DNA of 64,000 nt from Neotamlana nanhaiensis. Its GTDB lineage: Bacteria; Bacteroidota; Bacteroidia; Flavobacteriales; Flavobacteriaceae. The notes under the pieces are model-generated. The model had not been told where the DNA came from. It did not search any database and saw nothing but the letters and a program-made list of their open reading frames with translations. Location of the stretch: the NCBI RefSeq assembly GCF_000943555.1, contig NZ_JTDV01000002.1, positions 296,831-360,830 on the forward strand, in the 5' to 3' direction. The translations under genes and the position numbers were made by a program. This document shows, piece after piece, positions 20,978-30,968 of the stretch (position 1 is its first letter; each line of letters opens with the position of its first letter).

Positions 20978-21697
20978 TTAATTGAATTTAGCTTCTATAA
21001 TTTCTAAAAAGCGTTCTTCAAACTCTTCTTTTCCTAACCAATTGTTGTAATCGGGCTTAATCATGTTACCTATAAATTGTTGGGCTTCGCTAAAGGTTTC
21101 CGTGGTGTTTAATTGCGAAATAACACGGTCGTAATCTTCACTTTTACCATTAAAAAGGTTCTTTATAAATGCAATTTTATCGTTTAAGCCAATGTTTAAC
21201 TTATTGATATTGAGTTTGTCGTTAAGCGATTTTTTTTCGGTTGCTACCGGATTTACTTTAGTGACTGGTTCGAAAATTGGTGTTTCTTTAAAACCGGCAG
21301 TAATATCGTCGAAATCGGGTTTTTGCTGCGTTTTTACTGGCGTCGCTTGCTCCACTTTTTCGGGCATAAGCGTTACCATATCTTTAATTTTATGTATGGC
21401 GTGCTCCATGATTTCCTCTTCGTTGTCGTCTTCAAGTTTTATATAAACCTTGTCTTCTACCTCAATACTATCGCTAATTTTATTGTTAAAAGCACTGTCG
21501 AGCATGCCAAAAAAAGACGAGTTGCTACCAATACTTGGCATGCCTGCTTCGGCGTTTTCTTCGGCAAATTTTAAAACAGAAAGTTTCTCGAACAACAAGG
21601 CAACTTCGGCGTGCATTTTAAAAATATCTTCTTTTCCTTTAAGTTTCAGAATTCTATGTGCAATACTAATGAGTTCAGATTCTAACTTCTTCTTCAT
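20978..21697 (-). CDS. Hypothetical acidic protein.
   Basis: 239-aa ORF with good coding density and no recognised domain. Confidence 0.5.
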   Translation of the reverse strand: MKKKLESELISIAHRILKLKGKEDIFKMHAEVALLFEKLSVLKFAEENAEAGMPSIGSNSSFFGMLDSAFNNKISDSIEVEDKVYIKLEDDNEEEIMEHAIHKIKDMVTLMPEKVEQATPVKTQQKPDFDDITAGFKETPIFEPVTKVNPVATEKKSLNDKLNINKLNIGLNDKIAFIKNLFNGKSEDYDRVISQLNTTETFSEAQQFIGNMIKPDYNNWLGKEEFEERFLEIIEAKFN

Positions 21698-21801
21698 TAT
21701 TTTATTTTTTAATTGTTATTAACAGGCGTTTGTTTTTTAATAAATTTGCGCCACCTTTATACAAACGAAAATTCGATTTGTTTTAGTGTTAAATTTACAA
21801 A

Positions 21802-22455
21802 ATGTTTCTTGAAAATACAGTAAATCATAAAGAACAATTTGGTTGGATTGAAGTTATTTGTGGCTCCATGTTCTCTGGTAAAACCGAAGAGCTTATTCGC
21901 CGATTAAAACGCGCCCAATTTGCAAAGCAGAAAGTTGAAATTTTTAAACCTGCGATAGATGTGCGTTACGACGAAGAAATGGTGGTGTCGCATGATGCTA
22001 ACGAAATTCGATCGACGCCCGTGCCTGCCGCTGCCAATATTCCTATTTTGGCCGATGGTTGCGATGTTGTTGGTATTGATGAAGCCCAGTTTTTCGACGA
22101 TGAAATTGTACGCATTTGTAACGACCTAGCAAATAAAGGGATTCGTGTAATTGTGGCTGGTTTAGATATGGATTTTAAAGGCAATCCTTTTGGCCCAATG
22201 CCCAATTTAATGGCCACGGCCGAATACGTTACCAAAGTACACGCCGTTTGTACCAGAACTGGAAATTTGGCGCAATACAGTTACCGCAAAGCGCAAAACG
22301 ATAAATTGGTGCTTTTAGGTGAAACTGAAGAATACGAACCGCTTAGTAGAGCTGCATATTACAAAGCTATGATGCGCGATAAAGTGCATAACATAAAGGT
22401 AAATAACCCAGAGGAAATACCTAAACCCAACAAGCCCGATGCCGAAAGCCAATGA
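21802..22455 (+). CDS. tdk: Thymidine kinase.
   Basis: P-loop [14 protein letters not shown]. Confidence 0.9.
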   Translation: MFLENTVNHKEQFGWIEVICGSMFSGKTEELIRRLKRAQFAKQKVEIFKPAIDVRYDEEMVVSHDANEIRSTPVPAAANIPILADGCDVVGIDEAQFFDDEIVRICNDLANKGIRVIVAGLDMDFKGNPFGPMPNLMATAEYVTKVHAVCTRTGNLAQYSYRKAQNDKLVLLGETEEYEPLSRAAYYKAMMRDKVHNIKVNNPEEIPKPNKPDAESQ

Positions 22456-23545
22456 AACGGTGCTGGAAATAAACTTAACTGCACTACAACAAAACTATAA
22501 TTACCTAAAATCGAAACTACAACCAAACACTAAATTTTTAGCGGTTGTAAAAGCTTTTGCATATGGTAACGATGCCGAAGCCATTGCCAAACACCTGGAA
22601 ACACTTGGCGCCGATTATTTTGCCGTAGCCTACACCAGCGAAGGTATTGCGCTAAGAAAGGCTGGCATAAAAACGCCTATTTTAGTGTTACATCCACAAG
22701 CGGTAAATTTTAAAACATTATTAGAATACAGGTTAGAACCTAGTTTATATAGTCTTAAAATTTTAGAGGAGTTTATAGCATTGACTTCCGCCGAAAATAT
22801 GCAAAATTATCCTATTCATCTTAAATTTAATACGGGATTAAACCGTTTGGGTTTTACAGATGAAGCTATTAATGCCATTGCTAAAATTTTAGAAAATAAT
22901 GATGCTGTTGTTGTAAAATCGGCATTTTCGCATTTGGTTGCCAGCGAAGATTTAAACGAAAAGGTATTTACTCAAAATCAAATTAAAAAATTTACAAGTA
23001 TTTCCCATAATGTAATAGATGCATTGGGTTATAAGCCAATATTTCATTTGTGTAATACATCGGGTATTTTAAATTATCCTGAAGCGCATTTCGATATGGT
23101 TCGCAGTGGTATTGGGTTGTATGGCTTTGGAAATTCTGCAAAAGAAAACCAAAATTTTACACCAATTGGTACTTTAAAAACGGTTATTTCTCAAATTCAT
23201 ACCATTAAAAAAGGCGCGTCGGTGGGTTATAATAGAGCGCATATTGCAGCTACCGATATGAAAACAGCAACTTTACCTATTGGTCATGCCGATGGTATTG
23301 GTCGACAATACGGAAAAGGCAAGGGTTTTGTTGTTATTAATAACCAAAAAGCCCCAATTGTTGGCAATGTTTGTATGGATATGATTATGGTTGATGTTAC
23401 AAATATTACTTGTAACGAAGGAGATGAAGCTATAATTTTCGATCAAACACATACTGCTGAAGCTCTTGCTGAAGGTGCTAAAACCATTTCGTACGAAATT
23501 ATTACAGCTATTTCACAACGCGTTAAACGTAGGTATTTAAAGTAA
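22439..23545 (+). CDS. alr: Alanine racemase.
   Basis: PLP-lysine motif [10 protein letters not shown]. Confidence 0.85.
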   Translation: MPKANETVLEINLTALQQNYNYLKSKLQPNTKFLAVVKAFAYGNDAEAIAKHLETLGADYFAVAYTSEGIALRKAGIKTPILVLHPQAVNFKTLLEYRLEPSLYSLKILEEFIALTSAENMQNYPIHLKFNTGLNRLGFTDEAINAIAKILENNDAVVVKSAFSHLVASEDLNEKVFTQNQIKKFTSISHNVIDALGYKPIFHLCNTSGILNYPEAHFDMVRSGIGLYGFGNSAKENQNFTPIGTLKTVISQIHTIKKGASVGYNRAHIAATDMKTATLPIGHADGIGRQYGKGKGFVVINNQKAPIVGNVCMDMIMVDVTNITCNEGDEAIIFDQTHTAEALAEGAKTISYEIITAISQRVKRRYLK

Positions 23546-23607
23546 ACTTTAATATTTTATTGATTTTTTTATTTACCTTAGTGTTCACTAACTATAAATA
23601 TTTTATC

Positions 23608-24009
23608 ATGTTAAAAGAGTTTAAAGAATTTGCAATGAAGGGCAACCTTGTAGACATTGCAGTTGGTTTTGTAATGGGTGCTGCTTTTAAACAAGTAGTA
23701 ACATCTTTTACAGGAGGCATTGTATCTCCATTAATTGGGTTAATTTTCAAATCAGATTTTAAAGACCAAAAACTTATTCTTACCGAAGGTACGCTTAACG
23801 ACGCAGGTGAAAAAGTAGGTGAGGTAGCGTTACTTTGGGGTGAATTTTTAACCAATGTAATAGATTTTATTATTGTAGCATTCGTAATGTTTATGATTGT
23901 AAAAGGCATTAATAAAATGAAAAAGAAAGAAGAACCAGCTGAAGAAGCTCCAAAAGGACCAAGTCAAGAAGACTTACTTGCTGAAATTCGTGATTTGTTA
24001 AAAAAATAA
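23608..24009 (+). CDS. mscL: Large-conductance mechanosensitive channel MscL. Start moved to the internal Met.
   Basis: MLKEFKEFAMKGNLVDIAVGFVMGAAF. Confidence 0.85.
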   Translation: MLKEFKEFAMKGNLVDIAVGFVMGAAFKQVVTSFTGGIVSPLIGLIFKSDFKDQKLILTEGTLNDAGEKVGEVALLWGEFLTNVIDFIIVAFVMFMIVKGINKMKKKEEPAEEAPKGPSQEDLLAEIRDLLKK

Positions 24010-24048
24010 CAAAAAGTTAAATATTAAACAGCTTGTTATAAGTTGTTA

Positions 24049-24085
24049 AAAGACCTTATTTATATACAAATAAGGTCTTTTTTTA
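24049..24085 (+). terminator. Rho-independent terminator after mscL.
   Basis: AGACCTTA ... TAAGGTCT stem followed by T7. Confidence 0.7.
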
Positions 24086-24124
24086 TGTAATTTTGCCAGC
24101 ACATTTAAACTAAAATTTATAAAA

Positions 24125-25114
24125 ATGAAAGTAGCTGTTGTAGGCGCCACTGGTATGGTTGGCGAGGTGATGCTAAAAGTTCTTGCAGAACGCAATTTTC
24201 CAGTTTCAGAATTAATTCCTGTAGCTTCAGAGCGATCAGTAGGAAAAAGAATAAATTATAAAGGTGAAGATTATACGGTTGTTGGTTTAGAAACAGCTGT
24301 TTCAATGAAACCAGATATCGCTTTATTTTCTGCTGGTGGAGATACCTCTTTAGAATGGGCTCCAAAATTTGCCGAAGCAGGTACAACCGTTGTCGATAAT
24401 TCTTCCGCTTGGAGAATGGATCCTTCAAAAAAATTAGTTGTTCCAGAAATTAACGCTTCTGTTTTAACTAAAGACGATAAAATTATTGCCAACCCAAACT
24501 GTTCTACTATTCAGTTAGTAATGGCTTTAAATCCGTTACATAAGAAATATAAAATGAAACGTGTGGTGGTTTCAACCTACCAATCGGTTTCAGGAACTGG
24601 TGTAAAAGCTGTTCGCCAATTAGAAAACGAAATTGCAGGTGTAGAAGGTGAAATGGCGTATCCTTACCCAATTGGTAGAAATGCATTACCGCATTGTGAT
24701 GTGTTTTTAGAAAACGGATACACTAAAGAAGAAATGAAGTTAGCGCGCGAGCCACAAAAAATTATGGACGATAAAACGTTTTCTGTTTCGGCTACAGCAG
24801 TTAGAATTCCTACTGCGGGCGGACACAGTGAGTCTGTAAACGTTGAGTTTGAAAATGATTTCGATTTAGCTGAAGTACGCCAACTTTTAAGTGAAACACC
24901 AGGTGTTGTTGTTCAAGACGATACAGCCAATAATTCTTATCCTATGCCAATTTTTGCACATGAAAAAGATGAGGTTTTTGTAGGACGCATTCGTAGAGAC
25001 GAAACGCAACCAAACTCTTTAAATATGTGGATTGTTGCCGATAACCTTCGTAAAGGTGCTGCAACAAACACTATTCAAATAGCTGAATATTTGGTTACTA
25101 ATAATTTGGTATAA
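24125..25114 (+). CDS. asd: Aspartate-semialdehyde dehydrogenase.
   Basis: MKVAVVGATGMVGEVMLKVL N-terminus and length. Confidence 0.9.
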   Translation: MKVAVVGATGMVGEVMLKVLAERNFPVSELIPVASERSVGKRINYKGEDYTVVGLETAVSMKPDIALFSAGGDTSLEWAPKFAEAGTTVVDNSSAWRMDPSKKLVVPEINASVLTKDDKIIANPNCSTIQLVMALNPLHKKYKMKRVVVSTYQSVSGTGVKAVRQLENEIAGVEGEMAYPYPIGRNALPHCDVFLENGYTKEEMKLAREPQKIMDDKTFSVSATAVRIPTAGGHSESVNVEFENDFDLAEVRQLLSETPGVVVQDDTANNSYPMPIFAHEKDEVFVGRIRRDETQPNSLNMWIVADNLRKGAATNTIQIAEYLVTNNLV

Positions 25115-25143
25115 TACTTTTACCTACTAAACATTTAAACTAA

Positions 25144-25178
25144 AGCTCCTTCAACCTAGTTCGAAGGAGCTTTTTTAT
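25144..25178 (+). terminator. Rho-independent terminator after asd.
   Basis: AGCTCCTTC ... GAAGGAGCT stem followed by T6. Confidence 0.7.
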
Positions 25179-25251
25179 TTACCTTAGCATAAAAAATAGC
25201 ACTTCTCCCTTCTTAGTTTATTTATCTAATAAAACCCCTCAAAACAGTAAC

Positions 25252-27333
25252 GTGAAATATCCTTTTACTAAAAAATATAATGTTGTAGACACCTATTTTA
25301 ACACCAAAGTAAAAGACCCTTACAGATGGTTAGAAGACGATAGAAGCGACGAAACCAAAGCTTGGGTAAAAGCTCAAAACTTGGTTACAAATAATTACTT
25401 AAATCAAATTCCCTATAGAAATCGGTTAAAAAACCGTTTAGAAACTCTTTGGAATTACGAAAAAATAAGTGCTCCATTTAAAGAAGGCGATTACATATAT
25501 TTTAGCAAAAACAACGGGTTACAAAACCAAGATGTTATTTATAGAAAGTCAAAAGATAGTGATAAAGCTGAGGTTTTTCTAGATCCTAATACATTTTCAC
25601 AAGATGGAACCATTTCGTTAGGCGCGTTGAGTTTTTCTAAAAGCGGAAAGTTTTTAGCTTATACCATTTCAGAAGGTGGTAGCGATTGGCGTAAAGTATA
25701 CATTATGAATGTTACCACAAAAGCCATTGTTGAAGATGCTTTGGTAAACGTAAAATTTTCGCAATTATCGTGGTACAAAGACGAAGGTTTTTACTATTCA
25801 AGTTACCAAAAGCCAGATGGCAGCGAACTTTCGGCAAAAACCGATCAGCATTTGGTATTTTATCATAAATTAAACACATCGCAACAAAAAGATACTTTAA
25901 TTTACGGCGGAAAGCCAGGAGAAAAACACCGCTATATTTACGCTAATGTTACCGAAGATAATCGGTTTTTAGTTCTTACGCCAAGGGTTTCAACCTCCGG
26001 AAATAAGTTATTTATAAAAGATTTAAATGATGATAGCAGCACATTAAAACCAATTATAAATCATACCGATTCGGACACTTATTTACTAGATAATAAAGGC
26101 GATAAACTTCTTTTAGTAACCAACCTAAATGCACCAAATAAAAAAGTCGTTTCGGTTAGTTTTAATAATCCTGAGTCTGAAAATTGGGAAGATCTCATCC
26201 CAGAAACTAATCAAGTTTTAACCATTGCAAAAAGTGGCGGCTATTTGTTTGCACATTATATGGTTGATGCGATTTCGGCGGTAAAACAATACACCTGTAA
26301 TGGCGGTTTTGTGCGCGACATAAATTTACCGGGTTTGGGTACTGCCCATGGTTTTAGCAGTAAAAAAGAGGACACCACGTGCTATTTTTCGTTTTCAAAT
26401 TATTACACGCCAACCAGTACTTACAAATTAGATTTAGAAACCGGAAGTTACACACTGTATTGGCAACCAAAAATCGATTTTAACCCAAAAAATTACACAA
26501 GTAAGCAGGTGTTTTACACTTCAAAAGATGGAACTAAAATACCAATGATAATCACGCACAAAAAGGATCTGCAATTAAATGGTGAGAACCCAACCATTTT
26601 ATATGGTTACGGCGGTTTCAATATTAGTTTAACGCCAGCATTTAGCATTACCAATGCGGTTTGGTTAGAGCAAGGTGGTGTTTTGGCGGTGCCGAATTTG
26701 CGTGGTGGTGGCGAGTATGGTAAAGCATGGCACGATGCAGGAACTAAAATGCAAAAACAAAATGTGTTTGATGATTTTATCGCTGCCGCGGAATACCTTA
26801 TTATTTCAAACTATACAACGTCTCAAAATTTAGCCTTACGTGGAGGTTCAAATGGTGGTTTATTGGTTGGTGCTGTAATGACGCAGCGCCCAGACCTCGC
26901 CAAAGTAGCGCTTCCAGCTGTTGGCGTTTTAGATATGTTACGTTATCATACATTTACTGCTGGTGCAGGTTGGGCATACGATTATGGTACTGCAGAAGAC
27001 AGCAAAGATATGTTTGAGTATTTAAAAGGATATTCGCCAGTACACAATGTAAAAGAAGGTGTAAAATATCCTGCAACTATGGTAACTACTGGTGATCATG
27101 ATGATAGAGTTGTACCTGCACATAGTTTTAAATTTGCAGCAGAATTACAAGAAAAACAATCTGGAGACAATCCTGTATTAATTAGAATAGAAACCGATGC
27201 TGGTCACGGTGCTGGTACACCAGTTAGCAAAACCATAGAGCAATATGCAGATATTTATGGATTCACCTTATTCAATATGGGTTTTGATATACTACCAGAA
27301 AAAATTGAAAGTTTAAAAATTAAAACGTCTTAA
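25252..27333 (+). CDS. Prolyl oligopeptidase (S9A family).
   Basis: Beta-propeller N-terminal half and a catalytic GGSNGG serine motif. Confidence 0.85.
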   Translation: MKYPFTKKYNVVDTYFNTKVKDPYRWLEDDRSDETKAWVKAQNLVTNNYLNQIPYRNRLKNRLETLWNYEKISAPFKEGDYIYFSKNNGLQNQDVIYRKSKDSDKAEVFLDPNTFSQDGTISLGALSFSKSGKFLAYTISEGGSDWRKVYIMNVTTKAIVEDALVNVKFSQLSWYKDEGFYYSSYQKPDGSELSAKTDQHLVFYHKLNTSQQKDTLIYGGKPGEKHRYIYANVTEDNRFLVLTPRVSTSGNKLFIKDLNDDSSTLKPIINHTDSDTYLLDNKGDKLLLVTNLNAPNKKVVSVSFNNPESENWEDLIPETNQVLTIAKSGGYLFAHYMVDAISAVKQYTCNGGFVRDINLPGLGTAHGFSSKKEDTTCYFSFSNYYTPTSTYKLDLETGSYTLYWQPKIDFNPKNYTSKQVFYTSKDGTKIPMIITHKKDLQLNGENPTILYGYGGFNISLTPAFSITNAVWLEQGGVLAVPNLRGGGEYGKAWHDAGTKMQKQNVFDDFIAAAEYLIISNYTTSQNLALRGGSNGGLLVGAVMTQRPDLAKVALPAVGVLDMLRYHTFTAGAGWAYDYGTAEDSKDMFEYLKGYSPVHNVKEGVKYPATMVTTGDHDDRVVPAHSFKFAAELQEKQSGDNPVLIRIETDAGHGAGTPVSKTIEQYADIYGFTLFNMGFDILPEKIESLKIKTS

Positions 27334-27343
27334 TATAAATTTA

Positions 27344-27384
27344 GACCTCACAAGCTTTAAAAACCTGTGAGGTCTTTTTATTTT
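27344..27384 (+). terminator. Rho-independent terminator after the prolyl oligopeptidase gene.
   Basis: 10-bp stem AGACCTCACA/TGTGAGGTCT followed by a T-run. Confidence 0.7.
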
Positions 27385-27391
27385 TGCAACT

Positions 27392-28303
27392 ATGCTTAAC
27401 GTACAAAATCTAACATTTTCATATCAAAAATCACCTATTTTAAAAGACATTTCTTTTAAGGTTGATATAGGCGAAAATCTTGCTGTTATTGGTGAAAGTG
27501 GCTCAGGAAAAAGTACGTTGCTTAATCTTATTTATGGTGAATTTGATTTAAACCAAGGACAAATCTTTTGGAAAGACACCGAAATTCTCGGTCCTAAATA
27601 CAACTTGGTTATTGGTTACGATTTTATGAAATATGTACACCAAGAATTCGATTTGATGCCATACATAAGTGTTTCCGAAAACATTTCGAAATACCTCTCT
27701 CGATTTTATCCTGAAGAAAGCGAAAAACGCACCAACGAACTACTAAAAGTTGTAGAATTAGAGGCTTTTGCAAACGTGAAAGTAAAAACGCTATCTGGTG
27801 GACAAAAACAACGCGTCGCTTTAGCTAGAGCATTAGCAAAACAACCTGAAATTATCTTGTTGGATGAGCCTTTTAGCCATATTGATAATTTTAAAAAACA
27901 AAGCTTACGACGTAATGTGTTTAAGTATTTAAAAGACAAAAATATTACGTGTATTGTGGCGACTCACGATAAAGAAGATGTTTTAGGGTTTGCCGACACG
28001 ATGATTGTACTAGAAAACCAACAAATTTTAGAACAAGGCAAACCAGAAGCGTTGTACAACAATCCCAAAACACCATTAATTGCTTCGTTTTTTAGTGAAT
28101 TTAATGTGATTGATGACCAAATTGTTTACGCAAATCAGTTGAAAGTCATTGATAAATCTAATCTAAAGGCAACTGTAATTACCTGTTATTTTAAAGGCTA
28201 TCATTATTTAATTGAAGCTGATTTAAAAGAAGAAAAAGTATTTTTTGAGCATGATACTTCAATAGAAAAAGGTCAAGAGGTTTTCTTGTCAATTTCGGAA
28301 TAA
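27392..28303 (+). CDS. ABC transporter ATP-binding protein.
   Basis: Walker A GESGSGKST, signature LSGGQKQR, Walker B ILLDEP. Confidence 0.85.
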   Translation: MLNVQNLTFSYQKSPILKDISFKVDIGENLAVIGESGSGKSTLLNLIYGEFDLNQGQIFWKDTEILGPKYNLVIGYDFMKYVHQEFDLMPYISVSENISKYLSRFYPEESEKRTNELLKVVELEAFANVKVKTLSGGQKQRVALARALAKQPEIILLDEPFSHIDNFKKQSLRRNVFKYLKDKNITCIVATHDKEDVLGFADTMIVLENQQILEQGKPEALYNNPKTPLIASFFSEFNVIDDQIVYANQLKVIDKSNLKATVITCYFKGYHYLIEADLKEEKVFFEHDTSIEKGQEVFLSISE

Positions 28304-29292
28304 TTCTTAACCGATTGCTTTAGTTTCTTCAAAATGCGATCTCTTAATTTTTTTGGTTTTAAAACTTCAATACTATCACCAAAGCCTAAAATAAGTCGTT
28401 CTAACTCAAAATTATGCTGAACGAAAATATTGAAAATTGTACCGTCATCTCTAATTTCAATGGTTCGTTGCGATGAGTGAAACGGTTTTGTAATTACATA
28501 AGGTGCGTTTTTTTTATCAACCCAAAACTGTACGCGTTGCGCTCTATAATTTGCTACCGTAACGCCAATGACTTCCTTGTAGTATGTATCACCATCAATT
28601 TGTAAATCAACATAATCTACGCCGTTTTCAACATCGATGTTTAATATTCTATCTAAAGCTAAAGTCATCATTTTTTGTTTGTGAGACGCCAGCAAAAACC
28701 AACGGTTATTAAATTCTTTTAACAACTGAGGATGCACTTGCATAACGCTAGAAGTTCTTGCAGAGAACGATTGATATGATACTTTAATCACTTTTTTATT
28801 TTGTATCGCGTTATAAATAACATCAATAAACTCTAAACCTTTTAGCTGTTCGTTTTTGTCTAAATGAATAATAGCGCGATTGTCCTTTTGCGACGCATAA
28901 ACCGAATCTTCTAAACGCTGTAAAACGCCATCCATTTCTTTAAACAACGAGAAGTCTTTAAATTGCCTTAGCACTTGTATAGCTTCGTTCATTACCTTAA
29001 TATCTTTATCGGTTACTGGTATGTTTACAATGCTGTATTCAGGATCGTCATATTTATAAAATTTACGGTTATAAACCACTATTGGAGCATTATATCCAAG
29101 CTTATCACTACGCATCATTTGTATATCTAACTGCACTGTACGTTTGCTCACATCAATGTCTTTACCTTCGTACTCATAAAGCGCATCAGAACAAACGGTA
29201 ATTAAGTCGTCAAGTGTCCATTCCCGATAATTGTTTTGAAGACATTTATCAATGGTTTTATATCTAATTAATGCATTTTTATTTACAGCCAT
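28273..29292 (-). CDS. WYL domain transcriptional regulator with BrxR/CapW-like wHTH-WYL-WCX architecture. Start moved to MAVNKNAL.
   Basis: N-terminal wHTH (MAVNKNALIRYKTIDKCL), a central WYL-like segment (VIKVSYQSF...VHPQLLKEFNNRWFLLASH), and a C-terminal ELERLILGFGDSIEVLKP tail. Confidence 0.65.
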   Translation of the reverse strand: MAVNKNALIRYKTIDKCLQNNYREWTLDDLITVCSDALYEYEGKDIDVSKRTVQLDIQMMRSDKLGYNAPIVVYNRKFYKYDDPEYSIVNIPVTDKDIKVMNEAIQVLRQFKDFSLFKEMDGVLQRLEDSVYASQKDNRAIIHLDKNEQLKGLEFIDVIYNAIQNKKVIKVSYQSFSARTSSVMQVHPQLLKEFNNRWFLLASHKQKMMTLALDRILNIDVENGVDYVDLQIDGDTYYKEVIGVTVANYRAQRVQFWVDKKNAPYVITKPFHSSQRTIEIRDDGTIFNIFVQHNFELERLILGFGDSIEVLKPKKLRDRILKKLKQSVKNYSEIDKKTS

Positions 29293-29333
29293 TTTTCTCA
29301 ATTTTTTCGAATGAAATAAAGGTAAATAATTTC

Positions 29334-29352
29334 TGCGCAATTAATTTGCGTA
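29334..29352 (-). promoter_or_regulatory. Operator-like motif O1 (TACGCAAATTAATTGCGCA on the minus strand), about 40 bp upstream of the WYL regulator start.
   Basis: Same TACGCAAA-N3-ATTGCGCA pattern as at 30401 and 32707. Confidence 0.5.
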
Positions 29353-29551
29353 CTTCAATTTTTTGAGCAATTTTAGGTTTAAAACAAAAAATTCTTGCTT
29401 TTTTCAAAAAAAGTTAATACTACGTATTAAGGGTTGTAATTTCCTGAAATTCAAAAAATAAATTTTGAAAATTGAAAAATAAATCTAAATCTTTGCAGCG
29501 CAATTGGCTTACTAACAACAGCCAAAACAAGTAAAATTAAAAACAAGAACA

Positions 29552-29629
29552 ATGCGTTTATTTATAACATATCAACCAAAGCCAAAAGGAAAATGGCCTT
29601 TTGTGACGCTTCGTGATTATTGTAGATAA
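29552..29629 (+). CDS. Possible 25-aa small ORF (MRLFITYQPKPKGKWPFVTLRDYCR); speculative.
   Basis: An ATG-to-TAA frame inside a 500-bp intergenic region, followed 25 bp later by a strong terminator. Confidence 0.15.
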   Translation: MRLFITYQPKPKGKWPFVTLRDYCR

Positions 29630-29655
29630 ACTTTTGTAAACTCATACAAAATGAA

Positions 29656-29698
29656 AAATCCGAAGCAAATTTTAAACTGTTTCGGATTTTTTTTTTTC
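29656..29698 (+). terminator. Rho-independent terminator (ATCCGAA ... TTCGGAT followed by T11).
   Basis: Hairpin plus a long T-run with no annotated ORF upstream. It may terminate a small RNA or peptide transcript. Confidence 0.6.
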
Positions 29699-29841
29699 AG
29701 CTATTAGCAAGTCTGCTAAACATTTCCCGAAACTAAAGAATTTTAAAATCGCGATGTCACACTGAGCGCAGTCGAAGTGTTTCAAGAACGAAAATATTAA
29801 ATCAAATTCTGGATAAAATTCAGAATTAAAAACACAAAACA

Positions 29842-30390
29842 ATGGACACGAATTTGTTAAACAACTACGTGCTTAAAGCTATAGATGCCTATCCATACGA
29901 TTTAGAAGAAACCGTAGAAAACCTAAACTACGCCTTGTCTTACGAAAGTAACAACGCTTACGCTTTGTATTTAATGGGACGATTACAAGCAGAACAATTA
30001 GGCGATTACGAAAAAGCCAAACAATTTTATGCAGAAGCGTTGGCAAGTAAAATGGAGTTTCACAAGGTTTATGAGAAATACATTTTAGTATTAATCTGGA
30101 ACGACGATTACGAAGCAGCGCAAAACTTAATAGACTTTGCGTTAACCGTAAAAGGCATAGACAAAGGTGTTATTTGGCAATGTCAAGGATTGCTTTTTGA
30201 AAATCAGCAAGACTATAAAAAAGCCATAAAAGCATTAAAAACAGCAAAAGCATTTGGTTACAACAATGGTTTTATCAGTCATATTGATAACGAAATATCC
30301 AGAATAAAAGACAAGATAAAACCCAAAAAGAAAAAAGCCTCTAAGAAGAAAAAGAGCAAAAAAGACAAGAAAAAGAAGAATAAAAAATAA
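29842..30390 (+). CDS. TPR-like helical repeat protein with a C-terminal poly-lysine tail.
   Basis: Repeats YALYLMGRL..YEKAKQFY and a KPKKKKASKKKKSKKDKKKKNKK C-terminus. Confidence 0.6.
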   Translation: MDTNLLNNYVLKAIDAYPYDLEETVENLNYALSYESNNAYALYLMGRLQAEQLGDYEKAKQFYAEALASKMEFHKVYEKYILVLIWNDDYEAAQNLIDFALTVKGIDKGVIWQCQGLLFENQQDYKKAIKALKTAKAFGYNNGFISHIDNEISRIKDKIKPKKKKASKKKKSKKDKKKKNKK

Positions 30391-30400
30391 TTTTTCAAAC

Positions 30401-30436
30401 TACGCAAAAACATTGCGCAATAGCGTAAAATATTTG
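30401..30436 (+). promoter_or_regulatory. Promoter-like block P1: operator motif O2 (TACGCAAAAACATTGCGCAATA) followed by a -7-like TAAAATATTTG.
   Basis: Near-identical to the block at 32707-32742. Starts 10 bp after the TPR gene stop and faces the ORF-free region. Confidence 0.5.
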
Positions 30437-30867
30437 CAGAGTCATTAACAATAAGCTTTGTGGAATCAAGCTTAATGTAACAGCAGCGCTTCACCAGTCG
30501 CAGGAACTGGTGAAGCTTATTAAAAGTTCTTAAACATTTAAAAAACAACCATAGTTTGATTTGCATATAATGGATAATCAAAATTTCTTGGAATGTAATA
30601 AAGCGAATTTTGTCGTTCAGAAGGAGGTACGACTGAAGAATCTCAAACAATCGAATTTCTCTTTGTTCGTTAATTCAAAAATTAAAAGAAATCAATTGTA
30701 TCCATAAAAACAGTAATCAAACTTAGGTGTAAAATATCAAGCAAGTCTTGTTGTGTGTTTCTGTATAGCACTATTGTATAAATCCTTGCGGTTTCGCATT
30801 AGGTTTTTATGTTCAACTTGACTTGAAGGTTTTCGGTTATTTAACCAAATAAATAATCCATCTATGT

Positions 30868-30968
30868 ACACAGGTTCGAATCCTGTCTTCTCTAACGGGA
30901 AGTAGCTTAGCGGTTAAGCAATAGATTCAAATTGTAGGTTCGAATCCTACCAAGATCTAACGGTCTTG
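30868..30968 (+). ncRNA. Candidate structured ncRNA: two tandem tRNA-like modules (T-arm-like hairpin plus a TCTAACGG-loop hairpin) with a D-arm-like hairpin between them.
   Basis: ACAGG-TTCGAAT-CCTGT and GTAGG-TTCGAAT-CCTAC. CTTC-TCTAACGG-GAAG and CAAGA-TCTAACGG-TCTTG. GCTT-AGCGGTTA-AGC. The stems covary while the loops are identical. Confidence 0.4.

Noticed and set aside
30279-30650. 123-aa ORF on the minus strand overlapping the 3' end of the TPR gene and P1.
   Set aside because: Phe/Leu-rich translation of the antisense strand of a poly-Lys coding tract (AAG/AAA read as TTT/CTT) is a classic artefact.
30570-30707. 45-codon frame (MDNQNFLECNKANF...) with an AAGGAGG-like sequence inside the ORF-free region.
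   Set aside because: Bacteroidetes rarely use Shine-Dalgarno sequences. The frame has no conservation signal and sits inside the structured-RNA candidate, so I treat it as chance.
1570-30902. Possibility that the tRNA-Ala at 1570 and the tRNA-Ala-like 3' fragment at 30870 delimit a 29-kb island.
   Set aside because: The two are in inverted, not direct, orientation and differ by compensatory changes. The intervening genes are core housekeeping (recJ, asd, alr, tdk, rsmI).
30868-30968. Interpretation of the tRNA-like modules as stacked att-site scars from repeated integrations.
   Set aside because: No intact tRNA lies upstream on that strand. The sequence after each T-arm forms its own hairpin with covarying stem and identical loop, which integration scars would not produce. 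This is kept as an alternative in the finding.
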